Assembly: GCA_037447605.1 (NCBI GenBank)
Contig: CM074805.1
Location: forward strand, 1,273,361-1,337,360
Direction of reading: 5' to 3'
Source: Zygnema circumcarinatum SAG 698-1b
Taxonomy: Eukaryota; Plantae; Zygnematophyceae
DNA length: 64,000 nucleotides
Part shown: piece by piece, positions 13,536 to 27,479 of the stretch
Position numbering within the stretch: position 1 is the stretch's first letter
How the letters are laid out: every line of letters begins with the position of its first letter
Notes under the pieces: generated by a model
The model's input: the letters and a program-made list of their open reading frames with translations, nothing else
Told to the model about the DNA's origin: nothing
The model's database searches: none
Made by a program: the position numbers and the translations under genes

Positions 13536-15969
13536 ACATTCAAGCCCACGTTGAATAAAACATAACGAACAACATATTATGCCCAGGCTTTCCTATTACC
13601 TACACCCTAACTTTTGACTACCATTCTACACTTACAACAATAAAAGGTCCACAAACTGCATTCACGACGATGGAAGCCCCTTCCATAAATGCACATAAAA
13701 CAAGGGCCGTGTGAGCGAATCCACTTGCAAAATTTCAAATCACTTTATAATTGCAATCTGCAAGTGAAGTTCCCATCACCATAAGTTGAATATGCTAGAT
13801 TAGGATTCTGATTGCCAGAATCTTATTCTTTCTAGAGTGATATGCAAACTTGAAAATACAGCAGTTTTTCCTTCGTCCCAATCGCTTCCACCAACCTCAG
13901 AGCTTCGCTTTAATTGCTAGGTAACCTCCTCCTCACTTCATTCCCCCCAAGCTCGTCTCCTCTCACTAAATTCCTTCCACGTCCTTGATGCATCCTCCAC
14001 AATCCTTAGCAACCTTTTAACGAGAATCACCATGCTCCTATGCCTTCCTACGAGGGCAGCCCTCTCCTCCGCGACCTCATTGCGCCTCGTCGCCCGCCGA
14101 AGAAACTCGGGGACCGCCTCGCGGAGAGTGGCCAGCTCGGCGACACCTTCACATTCAGTGGCTGCCTCAGCGCACCACAAATGGGGGTCAGCTGCGGGTG
14201 CTACCACGTCCTTATCCGCCGAATAGCCTACATTCCGCATCGGCTCAAAGAATTGCACTAAGAGCCTCTTCCCTCGCCGGCCAGTAATTGGATCATATCC
14301 CTTTTCTGACAAGCAAATTGCGAAACCCACAACATTTGCAAAAGCAGGTCTTTGAGGAAGAAAAAAAAAAGGTTGGAAAGCGCAAAGTATACCATTAGCA
14401 AAATGCTTTTGCAAACTAACTGCCTAAAAACTCGCGAACTCATCCAACGAATGACTAGCTCGTTTCAAACATGCAGATCGTGTGGCGACAGACAGTCACC
14501 CGCACTCAGTCAAAAAAGCAAATGGCAGGCCACCAGCGAACCATATGCTGCAGACACTGAAGAGACAGAATAAGAGATTTAAAGAAACATAACCTTCCGA
14601 TTGCTTATGAGTTAGTAAGGGGCTTGCAGAAAGCAATCATGCATGGCCTACCATTCACTGCCATACAAAGAGTGGTTTAGAATTAGTCGGATTATCGATT
14701 ACTTTTCCTGCAGTGCACACATACGTTTTTGAGGTAGAGAGGTCGACATGAGATAGGAAAGAACGACTGTTGGCTCACCTGCCAAAGGCTGCGCTCCAAC
14801 CTTTGTATGTCGATAAGACCATCGGCACGATCTGAAGGCTGAAGATTAGCGTCTATGGCAGTAGAAGCGCTTCGTGCAAGCTTAGGCACCTGAGGAAAAC
14901 CAGGTCCCCACATTATCTTTAGACCTTATAGCTGCTACATGCAAGTTTGTGGACCATTTTCTGCTGCCATCAATCACACTCAGGCAAACAGCACTGGGGT
15001 CCAAAAATGTTTCTGCAGATGGTAATGACGGCAATGATGATTAGAACACCGATTGCGGGACCGTTTTGCATAGTGATGGGCATTGAAAAGACGGGGGGGG
15101 CACAGCGAGCCTCATACACTCAATACTGCTGAGTATTTGGCCATAGAAAGGGAGAAGCCTTAACAATGTCCGCCTTAATAGTTTTATTGTACATACTCTT
15201 CTACAAGCTTATCCATGATGGCGGCACTGTCTTACCTTCAACTCCTCAACGACCGCCTCTAAATTTTGGGGCCATTGTCACTGTATTTCAAGAACTGTAT
15301 ACAATAAAACGTCTAACAACTTCAATACCTGCCATACACGCTCCAAACAAGCCATTTTTTTTTTTTTTAAAGAAAAGAGTAACAGAAATGAGAAAAAGTG
15401 ACGGAAAATTTTTAAGGGAAATGATTGTTGCTGGATGAGAGGTGAAAGAGAGGTGGAGAAGGTGAAAAGAAGGGCTTGGGAGTTAGCAAAAGGCAACACA
15501 ATCCTTTGGGCTAACAATCGGTGGGCGAGATGCATCTACCCAAAGTGATGCTTCCATTCTATTCCTGCTCAAACCACATTCTTCATTCAAGAGTTATCGC
15601 CACACATCACAGTATCTCCAAAAATTGGTCTTTGCTGGCTCATACAACATTAGTACAAAAATGTTCCTGCTTTTAACCAAAAAAAAACAACAAAATTGAA
15701 GGGTATTCCTTTGTCAACCGCGTTAGACAATTAGACAATTCGCCATGGTTTCCGTCCTTATGTCTCCTCCCAGTATTTTCTCACCTTCGCCTCTTCCAAG
15801 TCACCCGCTGCTCCTTCACCGCAGCCACTAACGGATGGTGACTGAAAGAAGAGGTGGTGGTTTGGTCGGTGAGCCGGCGCTGCTGCAAAGCCGAACCCCT
15901 GCGTGGCCACAACCTCCCTCACAGATTCAAGCCTAAGTGTCACAATCGCCATCATGTTGCGCAACCAAC

Positions 15970-16855
15970 CGTGAACATGCCAAGATATTTTCGTTTGAAT
16001 ATCGTTGTGTACCACAATAAAAACAACGTATAAATTGAAAATTAGTTTCCGCTTCTCCATGGAAAAAGGACAATGTTGCTCATTTCACAATCATGTTTAA
16101 TGTTTCTTTCTAAAACCTATCTTCCTATTGCAACATTGACAATTATATAAATGAAAAATTGAGTAGATTTAGCTCTAAATAAGTTTGGTTAGATCTTTAA
16201 AGACCAACCAATTAGAAAGAGCGAAAATCACCTTCATGATCTCTTAACCCGACGATACAAACACGCCTTCCAAGCTTATGGCTAACGCACATCCAATAAA
16301 TTCGATCGTTCCTTCAAAGCTCGTATAATTTCAACATCAACTCGAACTGATTGAAGGCTGCACAATTTACCACTTCTCTGAAACGTCCGCACGTTGAACA
16401 TAACCATTAAAAACATAATCTTTCACGAATCGAAATTCAAAAATATACTTGAAAATATAATTTCAAACATTATAAACTTCCATATGACGATGGGCCAAAC
16501 GAAGCTTGATCGCCTCTGTTGAAACACCAAACAATTTAAATTAACAACATTTTCACCTTCGACATGGCCAAATTCACACCCAAACTTTCTTGATTCTTTC
16601 AAGGTTACAAGAGCCCGAAAAAATATTCTAAAACCAACTATAAGGATGTTCGCCATCCACCACTATCAAGAAAAACTCTAAATTATCCCTCAATTCTCTC
16701 ACCCGTTGTTTGAACCAAACAAAAGAAACTCCACTACTCATGCAACATACAAGCTCGTCAACGAATATGAAATTTCAAAGTATTACTTAAATAATTAATT
16801 AAGTAATTTTAATTCTTTTCCTTTCGATCATGTCACGAAACACTAAAAATCACTT
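15970..16855 (-). repeat. Left arm of a long diverged inverted repeat (partner 17875-18860)
   Basis: Its reverse complement matches the right arm in blocks such as agtgatttttag-gtttcgtga-at-atcgaaaggaaaagaat, caacgggtgaga, aatttcgattcgt, aagagatcatgaaggtga and aaatctactc. Confidence 0.85.
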
Positions 16856-17342
16856 CCTCAACGTCGTGGACGAACGTGGCGAAAAGCGATGTTGTGCAAC
16901 GCTTTGTACTTATGAAAGATTTAAAGGATTTTTTTTTTTTTTTTTGGTCCCATTGGGCATGTGCAATGTGACTCTGCTTTCTCTAAGAGCTTTTAATTTA
17001 GCAACTTAGTTTAACTATTGAGGCATCAAAATAAATTTGATACATTAGCACGCACCTTCGTCTGTAGAATTTCCAATGAGAACATCATACAAATTGATAT
17101 ACGAGAAGGTGGAGAAATACTGTTCGAGGCAAGATTCCACGTCTTTAAGCTCCGTAGCTATATCATAATCCTGCAATAGCCAACATTCGAGAAAAGAGAG
17201 AAATGATCACCTACACTACCCTAAGCCTAATAAAAAGTTTAAATGGCTTAACTACTGAGCAAACTCAAACCAGCTCAAACTGGTAACAAAAGGTAACAAT
17301 AGAAAACGTACAAAAGGTAATTTAGTAAACGTACAATGAAAA

Positions 17343-17514
17343 AATGCCTGCATAATGCTGCAAAGAATCAGTCTCAAACATATAAATCTCAACTTTGTCC
17401 ATGCCACAACAAGGCGGAGGTTTGATACAATGCCCGCATAATGCTATAAGGACTCAATCTCAAACATACAAATCTCAACTTTGTCCACGCCACAACAAGG
17501 AAAAGGTTTGATAC
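17343..17514 (+). repeat. 86-bp tandem duplication
   Basis: aatgcc(t/c)gcataatgct...aatctcaactttgtcca...ggtttgataca begins at 17343 and again at 17429. Confidence 0.85.
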
Positions 17515-17874
17515 AGTAGGAGCCAGAATCCATAGGCAAGCAAATACACCTTATGACTTCAGTGTCAAGTTCCTCCCACCTTCTAAGAAGTTCCGCGTAC
17601 TCCTTGAACAGATTGTACTACCAAAGGAGGCAGCTCCCACTTCAACTACAAGTCGCGTATGAAACTTTGACGCGTTGGACATCTTATTATAAACGCTCCA
17701 ATAACCATCCTTAGAGCTCCTTTGAGGCTGCGAGACACCCCGGGGCATTGCAAAAAGTGGCATAGCTTTTCAATCCGTGAGTAGTCAAGGAGCCAAGTTT
17801 CAAAGTACTCAGGCGAAAGATGCTCCACCACCTGATGGGACATCATAGTCAATGGGGCACGAACTGGTTCTTAT

Positions 17875-18860
17875 AGTGATTTTTAGCGTTTCGTGATATA
17901 ATCGAAAGGAAAAGAATCAAAATTACCTGTTCTAAAACTTCATATTCGGACATCACGGGCCATCACGAGCCTGCATGCAACACATGAGCACTGGAGTTTA
18001 AATTTTGGTTTAGACAACGGGTGAGAAAACTGAGGAATAATTCAAAATTCGTCCTCACGATGGCAGATGGCAAACATCCCTATAATTAGTTCTAGAATGC
18101 TGCTACAAGCTCTCGTAATCCCGAGAAAAAAGAAAAGAAAAAAAAAAGAAAAAAGGAAAGAAAGAAAGAAAGTTTGGGTACGAATCTGACCATGTCGAAG
18201 ACGAAAATGTTGTTAATCAACTACTTGGTGCCTCACAAAAGCGACCAAACCCTACCCTGGCCCATCGTCTGACCCATCGTCTGACCCATCGTTATATGGA
18301 AATTTCTGACTACACTTACAGATACACTTCTAAATTTCGATTCGTAAAAATACGTTTAATGACTATGTTGAACGTGCGTATAAAGACGAATGGCAAATTG
18401 GCAACCCTCAAACACTTCGAGGTGATATTGAAACTATACAACCCTCGAACAATTCCGAGTTGATATTAGAACTGGACAAGCCAGCCAACGAAGGAACAAC
18501 CAAATCCATTGGAGACGCGTCAACCGTAAACTTAAAAGACGTGCCTGCATTGCCAAATCAAGAGATCATGAAGGTGACTCTCGTTGCTTACTCTTTTTAA
18601 TTGGCTAGTCTTTAAAAACATCCTACTCAAAGCCAAATCTACTCCATTCTTCATTTATATAGTTGTAAGCGTTTGCAATAGGAAGCTTGTTGAGAGCATA
18701 CACGGTGCATCAACTTAGAGCCCATAAAAGGAGCAAATACAAAAGTGCGCCTAACAATGGGACGCGAAACTTGTTGCCATACTGCTATGGGCACATGTAA
18801 AGAAGAGTAGGACACAAAAATGACAAGGATACAAAACGAAAAAATATGTTAAGTTCACGT
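17875..18860 (+). repeat. Right arm of the long diverged inverted repeat (partner 15970-16855)
   Basis: Same alignment blocks as the left arm. Confidence 0.85.
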
Positions 18861-21652
18861 TTTGCAAATCCGAAGCTAAATGAAAGGACAACAAACGGTA
18901 GGTAACACTAATAAGGGGTGTTCTGTGGCAAGTCATTAAAAACTAACATCGAGATTGAATATGCTTATGACTCAATAAACTTAAAAAGCAGCGACTCAAT
19001 GATACTTTCATAGCGCGAAGTGCCCACTTGGCCTTCCCACTCCTTGTCAATGACGTTCCAGTGCCCTTAAGATGAACGCACCTCCTTTAGGCACTGCAGA
19101 TATACTTCTAACATCTCGATGTATTCTTGAAGCACGCCGCTGCCGTTTCCCGCTGGTCAGCCTCAAAAAGCTTGTATTGAAAGTTTGCAAGCTTGTCGAA
19201 AAGAGGAAGCCATGAGATTTGCTGGCCGCCAGAATTATTGAGATAGTTGAAAACCCACTACCATAATCTTCGGTAGCCTGCTCCCAAATGTATATCAATA
19301 CCACATGAGTACTGAAAGACATGACAAAACAGGTTCTAATAGATACTTGGCAGCACATGTAAATGAGACAAAGTCCGCGAGCAATCTATTCACCGATAAT
19401 CGGAAATGGGTCTTGACTTCTCTCAAAATCAAATTCGAAACTATAAAATGAATTACGTATACTCAATTGAATCTATCTTGCCATTTTAAATCCCAATCTC
19501 AAAACGTGCGTTAAAATCTGTGTCGCCCCATATTCAATGCAGAATGTCAAATCTTGAAATTAACGCAATCCTGCCCCTTCCCCTTCAAAAAAAAAAATAA
19601 TAATTCACGCATATTCGAGCATTCACAAGGGTAGAAGAAGGATTTCAAAGGTTTCAACCTAGCCTCAAAACAAAATTATGGCATGTGCACTTTGCGTGAA
19701 ACACGTGAGCACTTTCCACGACCTCACAATAACTCGACTGCTTGCCCGGCAAGAGTCTGCGGAAGCTTTCAAAGTGCAGCAAGGAGATTTAGAAAGGGAG
19801 TCGCTGTTCTGTGACTTTTGGTCTCCTCCCCGGCAAATCTCACGAAATCCCACATATCTGAGTTCGGATTCATCACCTCCAGAGAAGCCAGGAAAGCTTC
19901 GGATGAAGGAGCAGGAGTTTTGGAAGTTTTCGACTGTCCCGCAAACTGATACTTAGTGGTTTGAGCTTCAGTCAGAGCTGCATCTCTGAGAGCTATTACA
20001 AGCGAATGACGACTTCTAAAAAACACCGTCAAGAAATCACTGAAAAGAGTACACACGCAACTTTCATCTCCATCTCGTCCTTCTGCGATACAACAATGAA
20101 ATAGCAGATTTGCATTAGATGTTAGCTGCGACCGCATCAAAGCCTTCCAAGCATGATTGAGAAAGAAAAGGTACTCGCATGAGTAATGCCAGAAAAGGAA
20201 TGACAACTTATATTTATTTTTGATTTGTTTCAATTTTTTAATTTGAGAATTCTACATAGTGTTCGAAGTGCGTCACGTACGCTCAACTGACATCTGGGAC
20301 CTCATCTATGGATTTATAGTTTTAAGCTTTAGGTATCCATGAACGTAAAAATACGCCGAACATTTGGTTCTAAGACACCAGATTTCTTCGTCCCTTCACA
20401 ATCCAAATGAAAGCTGAAAACAAACTGAGAATAGCATAGCTTGATATAGTCTTGCTTTGGCATCCAAAACATCTACTGGCAAACCCGAGTTCACGAAGGA
20501 GTCTTCGAGGTCTAGAGCTCACCACCAGACCCAGACCCAAACCAGTTCCGGAACAATTTGGGGTAACGGCCAAAAACAATCCAAATATTAATCGGACTAG
20601 CGAGAAAAGACCGTCGACTTCTCTTTAAGAAGAAAAATGTTCATAATCTGCGACCGGAGAACCCATCGCAAAAGGTCAAACGCATCTGCAAAAAATGTAA
20701 TCACGTGTATTCATGGTTCAATAAAACCATAAACGTATTCTTTAAGAAACGTGGACTAGTAAATGGAACGATATATGCATGTGGTGTTACAACACCAGGA
20801 GAATGGTAGGCCAAAGAGGAGCAATAAAAAATAATAGACGAAACAGAATTGAATAAAGATAAGCCATGAAATTGAGACAAGCTCCTCACCAGTTGAACGA
20901 AATCCTTAAATGCGCCGTCACCGCTGAGCACTTGTCGGCATTTCATCGTTCCACATTTCCAGTACTAGAGGAGCCACCAGTGAAACCAACAACCTGTACA
21001 AAATAATTTCAAAATGAAACCAACAACCTCCCACAGGCAAAAAGAATAGAATAAAAATATGTACTTCATACATTGAAGTTTTCCTTCATTTGCACATACT
21101 GCGAATAAGAGGATACCTATATATACCTATATAGTAGTAAAAAGTCCAGATCAACTTCACCTCATAAACCACAATCCAATATCTGCCAAAAAACTGTACC
21201 GAAGAGATGTGCAATTCTGAAAACCTGTAATGTAACTTAATGAATTTAGCAAAAGCACTCTCCTATCCACTGGTAAGTGTGTCGGGTGCTCAACTCAACA
21301 AAAAACAATCAACAAATAACTGACTGCTGCGCCACTACTTGCAGCTCCCAACAGAGACTAGGCTTCAGCCATGGGGCCCTTCCGGTGAACAAGTGGACAG
21401 GGTACCAGTACTCAACCCTGAAATCAGGATGCCGGCTTCAAGTCGAATAATTCGAAGACCGAACTATTGAATACTAGATCAAACGTCAGTACGGCTAATT
21501 TCACAAACCTGAAATGGTCCTTACCAGCGGTCCATTCTCGGGCGGAATCCCGCAGCACTGCAAAAAGGTCCTTTGCCTCCACAAGGCCTGCTGGTTGGGA
21601 AGGTGAAGGGAAACCACCCCTCTAAATACGCACTACAGCACGTGTGTGCATG

Positions 21653-22425
21653 CCCACGTGGCATTGAATATCACGCCTGCCTAGGTGGCGTCGGATGTCG
21701 CACTCGCCCACGTGGCATCGGATGTCACGCCCGCCCTCGTGGCGTCGCATGTCGCACTCGCCCACGTGGCGTCAGATGTCACGCCAGCCAACATGGCGTC
21801 GCATGCCACTCGCGGCCACGTGGCGTCGGATGTCGCGACGCCCACGTGGCATAGGATGCCACGCCCGGTCACGTGGCGTCGCATGCCTCTCTCGTCCACG
21901 TGGCGTCGGATGTCGCACACGCTCACGTGGCATCGGATGTCACGCCCTCCCACGTGGCGACGCATGCCGCTCCCGTCCACGTGGCGTCAGATGTCACGCC
22001 AGCCAACGTGGCGTCGCATGCCACTCGCGGCCACGTGGTGTCGGATGTCGCGACGCCCATGTGGCATCGGATGTCACGCCCGCCCACGTGGCGTAATATG
22101 TAGCAGTCGCCCACGAGGCGTCGCATGCCGCTCCTGCCCACGTGGCGTCGCATGTCGCACTCGCTCATGTGGCATCGGATGTCACGCCCGCCCACGTAGC
22201 GTCGCCACTCGCCGACGTGGCAAAGGATGTCTCGCCCACGTGGCATTAAATGTCACGCCAACCGACGTGGCGTCACATGCCCCGCCCTCCCACGTGGCGT
22301 CGGATGTCCGCACTCTTCCACGTGGCGAAAGGATGTCGCACTCGCCAACGTGGCATTGAATGTCACGCCCGCCCACGTGGCGTCGGATGTCGCAATCGCC
22401 CACGTGGCATCGGATGTCACGCGCG
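21653..22425 (+). repeat. 27-bp minisatellite, about 29 copies, with a G-box (CACGTGGC) core
   Basis: Consensus CCCACGTGGCRTCGGATGTCRCRCYCG. Units were counted by hand. A higher-order block recurs (...acgccag/ccaacRtggc...actcgcg/gccacgtgg...gcgacg near 21760-21840 and 21975-22055). Confidence 0.95.
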
Positions 22426-22574
22426 CGTCTCATGAGGCTCGCGGAACTTTTTTTTTTTCTTTTGACCACCAAAATGGCAGACTAGTTCATATGTTCTCAT
22501 ATGCTCATATGCCCATACGCACACTGCTAAGACTATTTTCATTTCCGTTTTCTCGTTCATTTTTTTTGATGCAG

Positions 22575-22907
22575 TTGAAGCTCGTCGGCAGAGGCAGACT
22601 TCAATTCGTCCTGTCGCAGTGGACCCTTCCTTTACCTTTGAATGGACAGTCTGTAGCAGACTCCTCGCTACGACTCTCACACACTCAAGCTGAAGCTGCG
22701 TCTTCTGCTCCTCGCCAGTCTTCTTCTTCGCCTTCAACACCTTCCGTCCCATTCAACCAGCTCTCAATGGAGGATTCACATCCAGCGGTTACCCTCAGAT
22801 CCTCTACTTCCATCTCGTCAGCCGTTGCTCAATCTTTTGGAGACATTTCAGGTCTCAGTTCCCCCCTGATTGCTCCAGTTACTCCAATTAAAGGAGAGCT
22901 CCTTTAG
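22575..22907 (+). pseudogene. Isolated Ser/Pro-rich terminal-exon-like fragment
   Basis: A polypyrimidine-CAG acceptor ends at 22574 and is followed by a Ser-rich ORF to TAG at 22907. No upstream exons are visible because the minisatellite abuts it. Confidence 0.25.
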
Positions 22908-23419
22908 AGCCAACTTATGCGCGTCAGCGAGCGCGTTATGTGTGGCGTAATATTTCCGCGTTTCCAAATGCTTTTTCTGAAAAAGGCGGAAAAAGAAAAT
23001 TACAAATTAAAGAGGGAAGAAGGGCGGGGGGGGGGGTCAAACTCGAGAAAGTCACGTGGCTTAAGCACACCCTCTGTAAAGTCAATACACGAAAAAAGGA
23101 TCCAAGACGAGTTTTAGACAGTCATATTTCAATTATCGAATTCAGCAACGAGGTGTGATATATCGCCTGTCAATCAAAATTAAAAAAGGAAAAACCAAAA
23201 GAGGCATCAAGAACAAAAAGAGTTACAAATGGCAGAAAAGTGTCTCTCACCTGCACCTGCTCATACAATTCCATAAACCGCCGCTCATATCTACACACCA
23301 CAAAAAATCCAAACCTAAAACTATCAACAAAAAGGATTTGGAAAACTTTCAAGGAATTAAGTATTATTAGGGCTCCAGAAGCTTCTTACAGCACTTCGGG
23401 TTTGTCGTCTTTCTTTTTA

Positions 23420-23511
23420 TTTTAGGGTTTCAGAAACTTTAGGGCTTTGGATTTTGTAGGGTTTTAGGTCTTGCAGGGCTTTAGGGTTTTAGGCCATCTA
23501 GGGTTTTAGGT
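23420..23511 (+). repeat. Degenerate telomere-like TTTAGGG repeats
   Basis: Several tttagggttt/tagggttttagg units. A second degenerate patch lies at about 23982-24090. Confidence 0.7.
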
Positions 23512-23513
23512 GT

Positions 23514-24890
<1,377 letters not shown>

Positions 24891-24942
24891 CTGGCATGCC
24901 CCCATTGGCTGCGCACAGGTCAAGCTCCAGAAAAGAGGACGC

Positions 24943-25968
<1,026 letters not shown>

Positions 25969-27454
25969 TTCAGGGTTCAGGGTTCAGGTTTCAGGGTTCA
26001 GGGTTCAGGGTTCAGGGTTCAGGGTTCAGGGTTCAGGGTTTAGGGTTCAGGGTTCAGGGTTCAGGGTTCAGGGTTCAGGGTTCAGGGTTTAGGGTTAAGG
26101 GTTCAGGGTTTAGGGTTCAGGGTTCAGAGTTAAGGGTTCAGGGTTTAGGGTTCAGGGTTCAGGGTTAAGGGTTTAGGGTTCAGGGTTTAGGGTTCAGGAT
26201 TTGGGGTTCAGGGTTCAAGGTTCAGGGTTTAGGGTTCAGGGTTCAGGGTATAGGGTTCAGGGTTTAGGGTTCAGGGTTCAGGGTTCAGGGTTAAGGGTTC
26301 AGGATTTAGGGTCCAGGGTTTAGGGTTCAGGGTTCAGGGTTTAGGGTTCAGGGTTCAGGGTTCAGGGTTTAGGGTTCAGGGTTTAGGGTTCAGGGTTCAG
26401 GGTTTAGGGTTCAGGGTTCAGGGTTCAGGGTTTAGGGTTCAGGGTTCAGGGTTCAGGGTTTAGGGTTCAGGGTTCAAGGTTTAGGGTTCAGGGTTTAGGG
26501 TTCAGGGTTCAGGGTTTAGTGTTCAGGGTTTAGGGTTCAGGGTTAAGGGTTCAGGATTTAGGGTCCAGGGTTTAGGGTTCAGGGTTCAAGGTTCAGGGTT
26601 TATGGTTCCGAGTTCAGGGTTCAGGGTTTAGGGTTCAGGGTTTAGGGTTCAGGGTTCAGGGTTCAGGGTTCATGGTTTAGGGTTCAGGGGTNNNNNNNNN
26701 NNNNNNNNNNNNNNNNNNNNNNNNNNNNNNNNNNNNNNNNNNNNNNNNNNNNNNNNNNNNNNNNNNNNNNNNNNNNNNNNNNNNNNNNNNNTAGGGTTCA
26801 GGGTTTAGGTTCAGGGTTTAGGTTCAGGTTTAGGGTTTAGGGTTCAGGTTTAGGGTTCAAGTCGTGGGGTTCAAGTTGTAGGGTTCAGGTTTAGGGTTCA
26901 GGTCGTGGGGTTCAGGTTTTAGGGTTCAGGGTTTAGGGTTCAGGCTTTAAGGTTCCGGGTTCAGGGTTCAGGGTTTAGGTTTTAGGGTTTAAGGTTCAGG
27001 GTTAAGGGTTCAAGGTTTAGGGTTTAGGGTTTAGGGTTCAGGTTTAGGGTTCAGGGTTTAGGTTTAGGGTTCAGGGTTTAGGGTTTAGGGTTCAGGGTTT
27101 AGGGTTCAGGGTTCAGGGTTCAGGGATTAGGGTTCAGGGTTCAGGGTTCAGAGTTCAGGGTTCAGGGTTCAGGGTTCAGGGTTTAGGGTTTAGGGTTCAG
27201 GGTGTAGGGTTCAGGGATAGGGTTCAGGGTTCAGTGTTTAGGGTTCAGGGTTTAAGGTTCAGGGTTTAGGGTTCAGGGTTTAGGGTTCAGGGTTTAGGGT
27301 TCAGGGTTCAGGGTTCAGGGTTCAGGGTTTAGGGTTCAGGGTTTAGGGTTCAGGGTTTATGGTTCAGGGTTTAGGGTTCAGGGTTCAGGGTTTAGGGTTC
27401 AGGGTTCAGGGTTTAGGGTTCAGGGTTCAGGGTTTAAGGTTCAGGGTTTAGGGT
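25969..27454 (+). repeat. Telomere-like array of mixed TTCAGGG / TTTAGGG units (interstitial in this assembly)
   Basis: Heptamer array with the G-rich strand on + on both sides of the N gap. Variants include TTAAGGG, TTTTAGGG and 6-mer TTCAGG/TTTAGG. Confidence 0.95.
26692..26791. other. Assembly gap (100 N)
   Basis: Run of N inside the telomere-like array. Confidence 0.99.
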
Positions 27455-27479
27455 CTAACTTAACATTCCAAGCCTTGAC

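Larger units (their letters stand above)
13938..21552 (-). pseudogene. Long multi-exon pseudogene (or tandem pseudogenes) of unknown family
   Basis: About 12-15 splice-bounded minus-strand segments. Some are clean (DYDIATELKDVESCLEQYFS... near 17070-17171; VPKLARSASTAIDANLQPSDRADG... near 14776-14889). Others carry in-frame stops (FLNLLAAL*KLPQTLAGQAVELL*G near 19770; VLEIQ*QWPQNLEAV near 15278; W*YNLFKEYAELLRRWEEL near 17630) or frameshifts. Confidence 0.65.

Noticed and set aside
18000-18090. Homeodomain helix-3-like WFRQR / WFKQR in both inverted arms
   Set aside because: Only five residues match, stops lie immediately upstream and downstream, and there is no helix 1/2 similarity.
21685-22359. 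224-aa and other repetitive ORFs across the G-box array
   Set aside because: The 27-bp period is a multiple of 3 and stop-poor, so several frames on both strands stay open. This is an artefact of the repeat.
21653-22425. CRISPR-like interpretation of the 27-bp array (and of the 32-bp array at 59 kb)
   Set aside because: Units are contiguous with no unique spacers, there are no cas genes, and the context is eukaryotic.
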